From Acanthaster planci (lineage: Eukaryota): a stretch of 64,000 nt of DNA. Position numbers and translations under genes: made by a program. The stretch lies in NCBI RefSeq assembly GCF_001949145.1, contig NW_019091357.1:2515920-2579919 (forward strand). Direction: 5' to 3'. The notes under the pieces were generated by a model. It made no database searches and was not told the DNA's origin. It was given only the letters and a program-made list of their open reading frames with translations. Positions 24,501 through 41,197 of this stretch are shown one piece after another (position 1 is the first letter of the stretch; each line of letters begins with the position of its first letter).

Positions 24501-27500
24501 AATCGTACAGAAAATCCCTGCAACACGATTACGACTTAAAAAGGTCGCATGCAAGGGCCCTTTGCTGCAAGACCATTTCATGGACTTATTTGGTCGGGCT
24601 CTACAGGGAGTGGCATGGCACCATAAACGTTGAGAGTTCCAGAAGTATCGGATTATTAGTCACAACGAGGAAGCGACGGTCACGTATTTTGTAGAATTGA
24701 ACCGACGAAGTGTTTTATCATGTGCACAGGGCCTACGCATGACAAATAACTCCATGGTGCATGAGAACTATCCTATTCGTTCTTTGCATTGCGACTAACA
24801 AAATGGGGTCATCATAAATAAATAAGGCGAAAGAACCAACTGGCTGCGGCTAGGAATTACATGCACGTCTATGGGAAGCCGCTGTGGCCGCTGGAGCCAG
24901 CGGCTTACATAGGGGCAAGTGTAACTTTGAGCCGCAGCCATAAATTTTGGACATCGGTCAATCTTTGTACCTGGTCCACAGCGGACCGTCTCTCCGTCGG
25001 TGTCTTTGCCGTCCGTCACCAAGATGATCAGGGCTTGGCAACCGGTGCGAGATTTGCCAGAGAGCAGCTCAAAGGCCTTTTCAAATCCTCGTCTGTAAAT
25101 TCGAGAAAGTAAACAGTATATTGAAATTGGGTTCATTTTCGTCTCGTTTGGATGCAAACTTGGGCTATTTTGACGGCATCTCAATTTGAAGTTTAGCTTT
25201 TGTAACAGGTGTTTACAAAGAAAAAACAAAAACCCCTTGATGTAAGGGAAAAGGGACCACACTGCTTGCTCACTTCAGTTCGCTAGTTCCTTGTGGCTTT
25301 AGCTCCCCTGTCTTCTCCTTCAAGTCTTTCCTATGGGCGGTGGTTGCGGGTACCAGACGGTCATCTTTGCAACTCAGGACGGTCGTGTTGAAGGGATACC
25401 AGCTGCAATGTGCGTAGTCAAATACAATAGAGCGTGAACAAACTACAGAGATGAGTCTTCCCACTAACTCTAGCTTGGATTCTGGCAGCTCAGTTAGTTA
25501 CATTTCTAATCTGACCACTCGTGAACTTTCATTTGTAATCTTAATCACTGGAGTAAGTACTCGTTCTCTGATGTCATCTTGCCAGCTTCGGTTACAGGCC
25601 TCACCATGTAAGACTTCTAACGTATGCGGAGAGAGAGAGAGCATTGATGGTGGCTGGTCCTCAGCTTTTGGACCAGTCACCCGATCACGAGATGTTAGAA
25701 AACACAATGTGGTGTTTCAAAATCAAGAGGAACTCTTTTCATTTAAGAATCGATTTCGGGGGATGGAAAATGTTGTCCACTGTTACGTGTTCCTGAAACC
25801 AGAGTGTGATGAATACCGGCCAGATGGACAACCTTGGCTTGTGACTTTACTCTTTTCAAACTGTTACACAATTTTTTTACTTCAGTGAGTTCCATCTCTT
25901 TTTACATTATCTGTTTACATGTTTGAATGTTTAAGTGAAAAAAGTTCCAAACCCGTTTACAGATTTTCCAAAATGTTTCAACAGAACTACCCCTGTAGAG
26001 GTCTGACGTTTTGATTAATGCAATCTTGAGTTCATTTTTATTGTCAACGACGCATGTACAAATGTAATCTGATTTTCGGAACGCTTTACAGCTCGGTCAT
26101 ATCAAAGGAATACCATGAATTCATCACCGGAACTTTGTGTCAACTATTCACACCGCATACAATTTGTTGTGTTTAACGTTTTCAATGACACCGTGGTTAG
26201 GGTGGGACGTTCAAACGGTAAGGGAACATTTTCTGAACATTTTCAAATTTCTTTGTCAGATACTTTCCCCAGTTTTCCCTAAGAAACTGGCTCAGTGGTC
26301 CAGTCCATTGGGCCCGACCTAAGTAAGACATGTCATATGAGTGTCAAATCGAATGCAGTCACGCTTGCGCGAGGAAGTGGGGAAGGGGGGGGGAGGAGTA
26401 ATCGAATGCACTGTGTGTGAGTGATGCACTTACTCGCCAACCTCGTCCCAGTGACTCGCCCGAGCACAGATCACATTGACATAGTCCTGCTTGGTAAGCG
26501 TGTCCAAGATGATGCGTACGACGGACACAGCGATTTCAAACTTCTTGCCCTGCATGGAGGTACTACCGATGACAAACAAAATGACAAACAAAATGACAAA
26601 CAAAATGACAAACAAAACAACAATGAAACAAACAAAAGCTACAATTGCACAATCAAAACTTGCCACAATCAATTCAGACCGGATCCCAGAAAACAAAGTC
26701 ACAAGGTAATTTACTTTTAGTACTCTGACATTCAGCAAGTCTTTTTTCAAGGTCAACTCGCTCGAGAGCAGCTCTGACAATACATGATTCGTGTTACTAG
26801 TGAGCATTTAATTTCAACTTCAGAATTCATTCTTTAAGTCTGACTTCATCTCTGAACTTGAACCCATGCTCGACATCACCCTATCAGAATAACACAGTGC
26901 TAGGCTGAATAGTTCCGAATCCATGAAAACCAAACCCTACAACACCGGTTAGATCTAACTACGAGTTGCGAAGAAACAACTCACGAATATCTCCATGGTT
27001 ACCTGCAGTCTATCATGATGACGACGTCCTTTGGATCACTGGTTCCCGTGATGTACCACGGGCGGACACGGGGATCGTAGTCATTGTAGAACCCCGCAAA
27101 ATTCCGATGCCACTCCCGACCGGGGAACTTGCGCAAGATGCCTTCCACCGACCCAAAATATTGCCATCTGTGAGAGATAAAACGCACCGACCTTCGCGTA
27201 AAACTTCACGATACACAAATAAACCAGCAGGAATGCCTTTCAATTTCTTGTCCGGAGCTGGAAAGTAAGGTGAGACAAGCCTAAACATACCCTCTTAAGG
27301 TCTGAAATAAGACCAACATTTTAAACGAAAAAGCCTATAGTCAGGCTTTTTCCTGAAAACTGGCATCCCTGAAACAGGAAACAAAGTGTTTCAATCTGCA
27401 AAACAAACAGAGACTTTTCGGAAACCGAAAAATTTCTTGAACCCTCAGCTTTCTTTGCTGGAACATTTTTGAATCCTTCAAAATTCCCCAAGGTGCATGA

Positions 27501-30202
27501 AGCAAATGCCACACTCTTTACACTTCAGTTTTCAAGGGGAAATTGCGGCCCACGAAAAGCAATAGTCGCCGAGCTCTACGTTCCCGCAACTTGCAAAATC
27601 CACGGAGTGGGCTAGAGTTACAACTTTACAGAGACACTAAAAAAAATTACAGCTTGATTTCTGTTTGGTTTTTCATTTCTTGAGGGGGGAAGATGAATTC
27701 TGGTACATCACCTGAGCGAGGAATCGTTGTTGAAGTTACTGATGAAGACATCATCCAGGTCCTTGGTGTAGTAGACGGCATTCACCGTGCCCTGGCTCTT
27801 ACGTGGCACCTCGTCAGAGATCTTGACCGTGCTAGACTCGGTACTGACGGCTTGCCGAAAGTAGCTAAATACCCAAACAGCGACAAATATCTGACAAGTT
27901 CAAAATACTTGTATTCAAGTTTTCACAAATCAGATATTATTAGACCCAGGATATTCTGAATGTGAAGAGTTCTGTAGAAATTAAAATGAGATCGTGCAGC
28001 GAGAAAAAAATGGAAAAGCTAGTCTAACTCTTCCTCAGTACTGCACAAGTCTGTCAAAGAAAATTTCCGCTATGGTAACAACAGAATTCTCAATGGTCCA
28101 TCCTTTAAAAAGTGGAGATGTGCCAGTCTGGTGTTGCGCTTCATACTGGGCTTGGACTCTCTGATGCATAAACATACGGAGACAATTTTACTAGCAATCT
28201 GAACCGAGTTCCCACGCTTGCCGGTGGAATACCAAGAGCCTTGCCTTTATTAAAGTTTGGAGCAATGTGAGGAATTTTGCCGGCTGAAGGATAGGCGGAC
28301 TTCAGGCTTGGTTTTTTTCCGCATATGAAGCAAGATGTGGGACGGAGAGCACCTCCCCCCCATATTTGTGTTGGTCACTGTTTGATCGGAATCTCAGGAA
28401 TTCTTCACAGACTTCTAGGGGGGATGTGTTAGGTAACAATAGTCTAGAGTGTGTATAGGGATTGGATAGGTAAGGGGATACCCCTCCGTCCCATATCTTG
28501 CTGGGTTTATTTGTCCAACCTGTTCAAGCATGTCTCAATCTGTTTTCATGCTCAGACTCAAAGCTCTACCTCGAGTTGTAAACATATATTCTTTTGAGAC
28601 TGTGGCTTTTTCGAGGAATGGCCGAACTCACGCATTGTACTCCAATCTGGGCAAGCGGCCTGGTATGTCCGAGTCCCTGTAGACTTCCTTCGGCATCTGT
28701 GGGAGTGACCTGTAGACAATCTTCCCCAAGTTGTCGTCGTGAAGCCGCTTGACAGCATTGGCAATGCGCTGGACGGAAAGAAACAATTGATAATCGTTAC
28801 CCACTTCTTTCTTTTTTTAGTTACTGACCAGCTTGCTTGCACGTGGGGAGCAGACGGGGGATGCCGACTGGGTCGAGAGATGTACCAGGTTGGAGTCGGC
28901 TGACTGCGCAAGACCTGGCAGGAAACCGTTTCTGCCAACATGCGACTGCTGGGTGGGAATGCAGAAGACGCGAGGGACCGACCGAGGTGGAGGGCCATGG
29001 CAGGAGGCGCCACGGCCAACCCGGCGCAAACTGGACGACGGCCTCAAAAGTGATGATGATTACTGACCAGCAGGATGGTGAATTTTGTCTCTAAGCGAAG
29101 TTGCAAACCACTTACAAGTTGGCTTTATTGAATAGAAAGTGAGGTCACTTTTCTAAATTGGACACCCGAAAAAACGAAAAAGGAAAGCAATAAAATAAAT
29201 GGTCATTACCAAAGGAAGTCAATTGACGCTGATGAGTAATTTCAGATGTGTGGAGAATTAAAGAAAATGTTTTTACCCAAATCTGAAGAGAATAAAAGCA
29301 AAGTATGGAGTTCAAAATATGGCACTGACAAGGATGTGGCCCTGCATAAGGTTCATACTCAGAGCTCATTGGCCGACTGGGCACTAGGCCTGACCTTGGC
29401 AACGTCCTCCTTGCGGGCAAAGTAGCTGTCTAGCAGTTTCTTGACGTGAGCCACGATGTTGCTGGCGTTCTTCTTCTGTAGGATGTAGTCGGCGTTGTCA
29501 TAGTAACTCTGGGTGTACTCCGTCTTCAGACCGTCACTGGCCAACTGCCAAAACAGCGAGGGGATGGGAGAGGCCGAAACTGGGTGAGTAATCTTGAAAT
29601 GCAAGAAACTTGCCTTGTGGAAACTGTTAAGGGGCCCAATGACTGACAGAAAAGGCAAACGGGTGTGCCAAATTGGAATATCTTTGCACATCACAGCCTA
29701 ACATTCGGCTACCGTAATGTGTCACTTAGGCCCAGAAGGAGCCGTCGACCTTTTTCCCTTCAGTTTTTCATTTTATTTTGAAACTTACATCTATTTATTT
29801 TGACTTGGTAATGTTTCCAAAACACTATGTGGAGAAAAAAGTTAAAACCTGTTCATTGATGGGGTTAAAACCACTAATCAGATACAAAATATCAAGAAAT
29901 TAATCAAGAAAATCTGCAATCTTGGAAACCATGCATGCTTTCTGCCCAAATTGAGAAAAATCCTGAGAAACCGATTTGATTTTACTCAGCCTTACCTGTA
30001 AGATGTAATTTTGAATGAGGGTGGCCCAATTTTGTACATGTCCAACCAAGCGCCCACCTCCATCCTCGACAGCATAGCTATAACCGGGCCCCTCGTCATG
30101 ACTGATTTCATTGTAATTCAGAGCCTCCGTGTACGGCAGCATCATCATCACCACGGCAACCATGCAATGGCACAGGAAGACAGCAGTTCCCATGGCAACC
30201 AT
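15533..30202 (-). CDS. alpha2delta/CACHD1-family protein: signal peptide, VWA_N, VWA (intact MIDAS), two dCache_1 modules, GPI-type C-terminus
   Basis: 22 in-phase GT-AG coding exons: 30202-29996, 29544-29395, 28768-28632, 27864-27712, 27167-27003, 26562-26434, 25402-25274, 25092-24971, 24468-24365, 23929-23667, 23146-23002, 22704-22558, 22090-21980, 21574-21466, 20879-20642, 20121-19966, 19382-19174, 18551-18350, 17161-16951, 16524-16386, 16291-16129, 15746-15533. Motifs: WQYFGSVEGILRKFPG..YDPRVRPWY..PKDVVIMIDCSTSM, IILVTDG, WTAPYIDAFG, LLGVVGVD, YAFLIDNYGGTIFHP, WTYIGCRSGVFRTYPG..YDPTKRPWY, LPKTNLFLLVV. Confidence 0.92.
25931..26212 (+). repeat. Dispersed ~280-bp repeat, copy 1
   Basis: Shares AAAAAAGTTCCAAA.CCGTTTACAGATTTTCC, GAATTCATCACC.GAACTTTGTGTCAACTA and TGGTTAGGGTGGGACG with 53966-54246. 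Confidence 0.8.
26569..26616. repeat. 12-bp tandem repeat (ATGACAAACAAA)x4
   Basis: Directly visible; abuts the acceptor of exon 26562-26434. Confidence 0.9.
28329..28502. mobile_element. MITE-like element with 19-bp TIRs
   Basis: AGCAAGATGTGGGACGGAG ... CTCCGTCCCATATCTTGCT (one mismatch). Confidence 0.7.
28833..29059 (+). mobile_element. 5'-truncated RTE-like LINE 3' end with (TGA)n tail and 12-bp target-site duplication
   Basis: TTACTGACCAGC at 28821-28832 and 29060-29071 flanks the insert. The frameshifted translation HV..GDADWVERCTRLE..RPGRK resembles RTE ORF C-termini. Microsatellite tail TGATGATGA. Confidence 0.75.
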
Positions 30203-32412
30203 CTTATTTTTTTCGGTTACTTTAGAGTTATTTTTAACGAGTACTGTAAAACTGAGACTTTGGATAAATTTTACTCAGTACTGGAAATGGAATGACTAGT
30301 TTGCAAGCATCATTTCTAGATTTTTTTTTTCAAATACATTTCTCTAAACGTAATTTCAAATCGTCCAATTGTCCCATGCTCAAATGCTGACCGAAATGAT
30401 TTGCACATTATCCAAAAGCAATCAGACAATATGTCTCATCAATGATACGTTTTTGGTCACCGGGGAGGGTTTGGTATTATAATGTCCTTGACGATGATCA
30501 CTTGATGCTGTGAGCGCAGACATCGACACAACTATGAGTATGATCACAATGGATGAAATAGTGTGTATGATGTCAGTGTTGCTCCATGTTGCTGGCACCC
30601 GGGGCACAGAACTCTTACTGTGTGCATTCCCTGTATAAGAGGTAAAAAAATCAACAAATGTTAATCTAGAATTAATATTCAGGGTTGTATATTTGGGGAT
30701 CCCCCAGTTTGTTTGTCATTTTTATCTTGTAAAACTGGGCAACCCCCCCCCACCCAAAAAAAAAAACAAAACCAAAAGCAAGATGACCCTATTTTTTTGG
30801 AAATTTGGAATAGTAACTTGTGAGAAAATGTTATTTTCTTACTGATAAACGAGCCATGCAAATTTGAATCCAACATGCGTCCTATGTTAAAACTCATACT
30901 TTCACCTCATAATTTCCCTCAAAACCAAAGAACGTTGCCCTCTTTTTACATCAACCCTGGCATAAGTTTTTGAGCATAATTTCACGGTCATCCAACAAGG
31001 TGAGCCAAAAGTTAAAATGTAGGCCTAAGCCTACATGATATGGGTCTCCCTTCTATTATGGGAACGCGGTCCCATATACAATCCCCTATATTCAGATTCT
31101 CGCAGTCCGGATGACGTCACTGAGCCTTGATCCTTTTCTCCGATTGGTCAGTTGGTGGCTATTCCATATTTCATGCTCGAAACTCAAAGGGGCAAATATA
31201 GCGTGGTGGTCTATGGGGAAATCTGAATTAGGCCTACTGACTAAACTCTTAATTATTAACTTTAAAAGGCTTTACATTCAACATGTTCAACATGTGCCTG
31301 AAATTTCACTATTTATGCGCTATGACTATATCCCACACAGTATCGAAAAGGTTTCAGTTATTTTTAACTTATTGCAGCAAAACAAGATAAAAACATGCAA
31401 ATCCCTGTACAAAGCGAATGGAGAGATGCCCCTTTGCCCAGACGCCAATAATCATGAAACAACCTCTGACCGCGCGAATGCCACTGGCATATTCTTCATT
31501 CAATATATTCAGGGGTAACACTTTTCCTACCTCCATGCAGTAACACTGCTTGCTGCTGTTTTTCAAAATTCTGTATAGGTATACATGTACACATGTAGGA
31601 TATCTGAAACTTGCCATTGATAGAATGACAGCCTGTAAATATGGCAAACATTCCCAGTGTCACAGCTCCACACGGCCAACATGTCCGACAACACGCGATC
31701 GATCATCGAATATTAAAAACTTAAAGGTGAGCCATTAGTACTGGACACTAAACATGAAGATTGAAGAGACAAAGACCACTCTCACCGTGTACTTCACTCT
31801 TCTGCACAAAGGGTCATTATCATCCGTTTAGCCATACTCAAAAAGTATTTTTTCTTCCCCGGGATGCAGCTGCTATGGTGCTGGATGATGGCGTACATGA
31901 CCTTGTGTGACCAAGTCCAATATAGCTAATCAAATAACATTGCGAGAGATGCTGAACGGCTGTTCCATGTTTATAAGAGTTAGTTAAGGGGCGGAGTCTT
32001 CGCGAGATAGTTGAATATGATGAGACCATCGCATATTTACCGTGTTGTTTGGTCTCCAACGGTGAAATAAATTGAAAATTCTAGTGTTTTGTTTCATGAA
32101 CTTCCTTTCTCCGTCATTTCACGCGCGACAGGCCGAGCCTAGTTGCACATTTTAATCGCTTAATTACTAAACACCGCCGCGCAACTTTCAGAACTGACGG
32201 TTACTGGCCTGTCTATCTGAACTAACAAGTAAAAGAACAAAAGCCGTTGTTTCATCCCAGACTTCGTTGGTGTCATTTCTCTAACTGACAATATGTTTGT
32301 GTATTGCTTGACTGATCATGCAATACTGTTTCTATGAGGAGTTTGGCAGTACTGCAATACATATAACTATACACAACAATATAGTATATAATCAGTGCTC
32401 TGAGTAATGTAA

Positions 32413-32453
32413 TTGCCGAGCTTTCGGTAACTGGGTACCTTCGTCAGGGCCAG
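32413..32453 (-). ncRNA. Minimal type I hammerhead-ribozyme-like motif (Penelope-type)
   Basis: Minus strand reads TGGCC CTGACGA A GGTA CCCAGT TACC GAAA GCTC GGCAA: core boxes CUGANGA and GAAA, 4-bp stem II, short stem I, palindromic AGCT stem III. Confidence 0.55.
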
Positions 32454-32475
32454 CAGATTTAGTTCAAATGAAAAC

Positions 32476-32521
32476 TGGGGCTGGGGCTGGGGGTGGGGCT
32501 GGGGTTGGAGGTGGGCGTGGG
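32476..32521 (+). repeat. G-rich (CTGGGG)n-like tract, potential G-quadruplex
   Basis: ctggggctggggctgggggtggggctggggttggaggtgggcgtggg: at least seven runs of three or more G. Confidence 0.7.
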
Positions 32522-33267
32522 TGACACCACATGGCTCTATGTTCATGATATTGATGTACATCTGTAATACGTACTCAGAAGGGCATATTTATGGCTTTTT
32601 AATTGTTTTTCCTTTCTGAGTGATATTGAACACATTTTAGTCCATGGAAGTCTGGAAAATTCTTCACAATCTGCTTTTTTTTTCTCCAACAAAAAAATGG
32701 TGGGATCATCCCCTACCTCAAAAGTGGGGGGATAGATATCCCCCCGGATCTACACCCATGCTTGCTACATAACCGTGCATCACCAATAATGCTTGCACTG
32801 ACACTGTCTAAGTAATGCCCGCTGCAGTTACAACAGTGCTTGCTTTATTTACACAGACAAAATTATGAATATTGGATGCGGGCGGGGGGGTTTCTTGCTC
32901 TAAATGTATTAATTGACAATGGAGGCTTTGCGTGGTAGCCATCTTGCATGGCAGTTCTTTTGTTCTACAGGGAACTCTGTCAAAACCATGCAGAACAAAA
33001 GCATTGCCCTGTAAGATGGCCGCAATGCAAACCCTCAACCAATGTAAGGACCATTCACTAGGAAGGCTGGTCCTTTTAATTGACAGTATCCTTATTTTGA
33101 CTACAAGGGTTTGTCTGAAAATAATGATATACTTGTATTTGATAAAAGACCATGATACATACCACGTCTCGGAGGAGGGTATTTACTTCTTTCTCAGGGA
33201 TATGCTTGAGTAAAGGTTTTGTGCATTTATTGTAAGGATATAAAAATAATTCTAAAGATTATTGAAG

Positions 33268-33417
33268 AATTTTACTGGACCGGGGTTTGAACCTGCAGCC
33301 TCCGGAATACTGTACTGGTGGCTCTACCAACTGAGCTATCCAGCCCTATGTTGGTTGCTCTTCCCATTTGTCAATATCTATGTTCTTTCTATGTTTCAAT
33401 CCCACTCCAGTAGATTT
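33268..33417 (-). mobile_element. tRNA-like SINE head/pseudo-tRNA inside a short inverted-repeat element
   Basis: Minus strand 33346-33274: GGGCTGGATAGCTCAGTTGGTAGAGC..GGTTCAAACCCCGGTCCAGT (A and B boxes; T-stem and anticodon arm pair poorly). 33268-33291 is repeated in inverted form at 33395-33417. Confidence 0.65.
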
Positions 33418-34358
33418 CTTTGATCATCTTCATCATCATTTATAAGCACCTAGTCAGGTTCCCTAAATAATTTGTTTCATGATATTAAAATAACAAAGAA
33501 CAGCCTCTGAGACACCACCAAAGCATGACCTCTATCGAGAGAGCATGGTCAGATTTACAAAGATACAAAAGTATGGATTTACAAAAGCAAAAAGAATAAG
33601 TTAATTCCAAACATAAACAGGAATATTCATGACAAGCTGCCTGAGTGAAATAAAAAAATAACTACATAATACTTTTTGTTGCATGTAGATTTCCCTCCCC
33701 CAGAAAAGAAAGACAAACAAAAGTGTGAATTCAGCAAAATAGCCTCCCGACATAAGCTACACTGTCACCATCAAGATACACGTACTGGTTAAACTCTTGA
33801 CATATACATGCACATGTATTTCACAATTTAAAAAAGTCTGCTGTGCGCCAGTGCAAACAAAATACGATACATAATTCATTTATGTAATGAGGAAAAACTA
33901 TATTGCTTTTGAGGATCAAAACAAGGAGAAATTCTTGGGATAAATGTGACCTGATGATACGTACTTTGCAAATCCAATACCCAAAGATTCTCAACAATAT
34001 TACAAATATTGGAATTTCTGAGAAATTTGGCCTGCCCCTTAGGCTAGACCAATCTGCCTGGGCTCAACTGTTTTATGAACTTGTATATTAATACTGAAAT
34101 TCCCCCCCCCCCTTCCAAACTTTGAAAAGAGTTGTCTTAGGTTTGACTTTCCAGCGGGGAAAAGTCTGACGCTGAACAGCGCAAAGCTTGCTGCAAAAGG
34201 CTTAATTGTGACTTGCTGCCCGGCTTGGCAATTTTTACACACTGTTTGATTAGACACATCAGCCTGTAGAACATGACACGATTCTGCCTGAAAGATTACA
34301 AAGTGCTCACTCTCCTAAAGGACTGAACGAAATATAAAGACTTCACACTATGACCTGC

Positions 34359-34619
34359 AGGGGCAAATTTCATAGAGCTGCTTAAGCACAAAATTTGCTT
34401 AGGCACAAAATTGGCTAAGCACAAGAAACCCTTACTTGATAAATCAGGTCACCAGCCCAAACTCCATGTGTTGTACATTATTTTGAGATCGTATTTAGCT
34501 GTTTTTTGGTTAGCATAACAATCAGATAGAGTTTGAGCTGGCAATTTTTGTTCATCAGGCAAAGTTTTTTCCTGCTTAAACAAATTTTGTGCTTAAGCAG
34601 CTCTATGAAATTGGCTCAG
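34359..34619. mobile_element. MITE with ~32-bp TIRs (AATTTCATAGAGCTGCTTAAGCACAAAATTTG)
   Basis: Perfect inverted arms at about 34366-34397 and 34581-34612; further copies at 43051-43529. Confidence 0.85.
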
Positions 34620-35564
34620 CAGAACAATGGCGCAATGAACCTCACCAAAAAAACCAAAACAAAAGCAACCACCCTTCAATGGGGAACAGGGGGTTACAAT
34701 TGACAGAGAGTAAAATAATACTGAACACGCCTTTCTCTCTCTCAAACACGTTGTGCTATTGCAGCCTGTGGCAAGCCTCTGAAGGTTCCCCCAAAGCCAA
34801 GCTCATGTGATACCTGTGGCTTAATTAGACACTAATCTCTCACAAAAAGCCGTTCCGGACGTTGGTAGTTTCTTCGTAAATGAAAAAAAAATGAAACAGA
34901 AAATATTTTAGAACTCGTATGTCATTGTTCAAACAATTCCAGCTTCAAAGGTTGGTACATTTTTATTCATAAAATTTAACACATATTTGAACCTGATGGA
35001 CCCCCGACAAAAATCAATATTTGGGATGTGACAATTTGAAGACTGGAGGGAAGGGTGCTATGCGTACCCAAGGGTGTTCAAAACATCATATCCCACATCA
35101 GAGCAGTTGAAAGTTGTTTTGTCACTTTTCTGACTTGGTGTGTTTTACTTGTTTTCCTAAGGGAAATTAATGGCGACAAAGGGGTCTTTGAACAGTAGCG
35201 ATCAGCTGTCCCTGTATCATCCTGCACACTGCATGCGTGTGATATCATATAATGCTTGCTGACGAGATGGGAGTGTGACATGTAGTTATGTCGCCTTGTC
35301 ATGTGATCATTATGGGCCAATAAAGAAACAGAATCCAAGTCAGAGGTATGACAAATCAACCTATCAAATTTCCTTATTAGTTAACCTAATCCGTGCAGTC
35401 ACCCAATTTAATTGTAAAAATGATCTTCCACCAGTTCATGCAACTTTCAGAGACTTGCCCAAAAAAAAAAACGGTGTGGAAACCCTGTTTAATCCAAGTG
35501 CGGAATAGAAATGACTGTTATCGCAGAAAAGATCTGTATACAAGATACAGCTGCATCCAAAGTT

Positions 35565-41197
<5,633 letters not shown>

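Noticed and set aside
30422..30607. Hydrophobic 61-aa ORF as an alternative N-terminus of the Cache protein
   Set aside because: Starts at GTG, ends in a stop, and I found no convincing donor linking it in frame to the coding exons.
33274..33346. Functional tRNA gene
   Set aside because: T-stem and anticodon arm do not pair properly; treated as a SINE head/pseudo-tRNA.
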